Shown: one piece after another, positions 1 through 338 of the stretch | How positions within the stretch are numbered: position 1 is the stretch's first letter | Layout of the letters: every line of letters begins with the position of its first letter | Origin: Escherichia coli | GTDB lineage: Bacteria; Pseudomonadota; Gammaproteobacteria; Enterobacterales; Enterobacteriaceae | Strand: one strand, 5' to 3' | Length of the DNA: 338 nucleotides | Assembly (NCBI RefSeq): GCF_003334355.1 | Contig: NZ_QOWP01000113.1 | Position numbers and translations under genes: made by a program | Notes under the pieces: model-generated | Seen by the model: the letters and a program-made list of their open reading frames with translations, nothing else | Databases searched by the model: none | What the model was told of the DNA's origin: nothing

Positions 1-338
1 CTCAGCATGTGGCCGGATAACCGTATCGCCCGTGACGCGCACTATCTTTACCGGTATGACCGTCACGGCAGGCTGACGGAGAAAACCGACCTCATCCCGG
101 AAGGGGTTATCCGCACGGATGATGAGCGCACCCACCGGTACCATTACGACAGTCAGCACCGGCTGGTGCACTACACGCGGACACAATATGCAGAGCCGCT
201 GGTCGAAAGCCGCTATCTTTACGACCCGCTGGGCCGCAGGGTGGCAAAACGGGTGTGGCGACGTGAACGGGACCTGACGGGCTGGATGTCGCTGTCACGG
301 AAACCGCAAGTGACCTGGTACGGCTGGGACGGCGACCG
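1..338 (+). CDS. rhs: Internal fragment (5' and 3' partial) of an Rhs-family YD-repeat protein, conserved core region of a polymorphic toxin; about 112 codons in frame 1
   Basis: Seen in sequence: frame 1 on the + strand has no stop codon across all 338 nt, while + frame 2 stops at TGA 74-76 and + frame 3 at TAA 18-20. The translation contains three YD-repeat motifs: [14 protein letters not shown] (nt 43-84), [12 protein letters not shown] (nt 139-174) and [14 protein letters not shown] (nt 214-255). Established knowledge: the run ...[41 protein letters not shown]... matches my recollection of the conserved Rhs core of E. coli RhsA/B/C-type proteins, upstream of the PxxxxDPxGL core/tip boundary. 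By hand count the GC content is about 62% (209/338), consistent with the known GC-rich Rhs core. Which paralog (rhsA/B/C/D/E or another species' copy) cannot be decided from 338 nt, so the symbol is the generic family prefix only. Confidence 0.92.

Noticed and set aside
7-9. ATG at nt 7-9 as a possible translation start for the + strand gene
   Set aside because: The frame is already open from nt 1 and the upstream codons continue Rhs-like sequence. No Shine-Dalgarno-like purine-rich stretch can be assessed in only 6 upstream nt, and Rhs core residues here belong to the middle or C-terminal part of a very long protein. This is an internal Met codon, not a start.
73-79. Short direct repeats CTGACGG (73-79 and 274-280) and GTCACGG (62-68 and 294-300)
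   Set aside because: Seven-nucleotide matches in a 338-nt GC-rich coding region are within chance expectation. The CTGACGG copies both encode Leu-Thr in frame. There is no evidence of a CRISPR-like array, an insertion-sequence terminal inverted repeat or a target-site duplication.
134-142. Short palindromes ACCGGT (134-139) and GGTACC (137-142) that could be read as an operator or a hairpin
   Set aside because: These are 6-bp restriction-site-like palindromes expected by chance in GC-rich DNA. They sit inside the coding frame (encoding H-R-Y) with no flanking T-tract or extended stem, so there is no support for a terminator or regulatory site.
107-298. The minus-strand 63-aa ORF from the supplied six-frame track ([63 protein letters not shown])
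   Set aside because: It lies entirely antisense to the strongly supported + strand Rhs reading frame. Its product is low-complexity and Pro/Gly/Ala/Cys-rich, as expected from reverse-complement reading of GC-rich coding DNA, and it has no recognisable motif. Spurious antisense ORFs are common in roughly 62% GC sequence. The + frame was probably absent from the track only because it is open at both window edges.
1-338. A novel or previously undescribed system, which the prompt suggests may be present
   Set aside because: Everything visible in the window is explained by a single well-characterised gene family (Rhs core). No non-coding structure, unexplained ORF or unusual architecture remains after this assignment. 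Any novelty would have to come from the unseen downstream tip and immunity region, which cannot be assessed from this sequence.

Overview
The whole 338-bp window is an internal fragment of one protein-coding gene on the + strand, in frame 1 (codon 1 = nt 1-3), open from the first to the last base with no start or stop inside the window. The translation ([112 protein letters not shown]) carries three YD-repeat motifs and matches, from memory, the conserved core of enterobacterial Rhs (rearrangement hot-spot) polymorphic-toxin proteins of the Escherichia coli rhsA/B/C type. The only ORF in the supplied track (minus strand, 107-298) is antisense to this frame and is judged spurious. I see no RNA gene, CRISPR array, promoter, terminator or mobile-element boundary. 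Nothing here supports a previously undescribed system: this is a well-known family, and its biologically variable part (C-terminal toxin tip and immunity gene) would lie downstream of the window.
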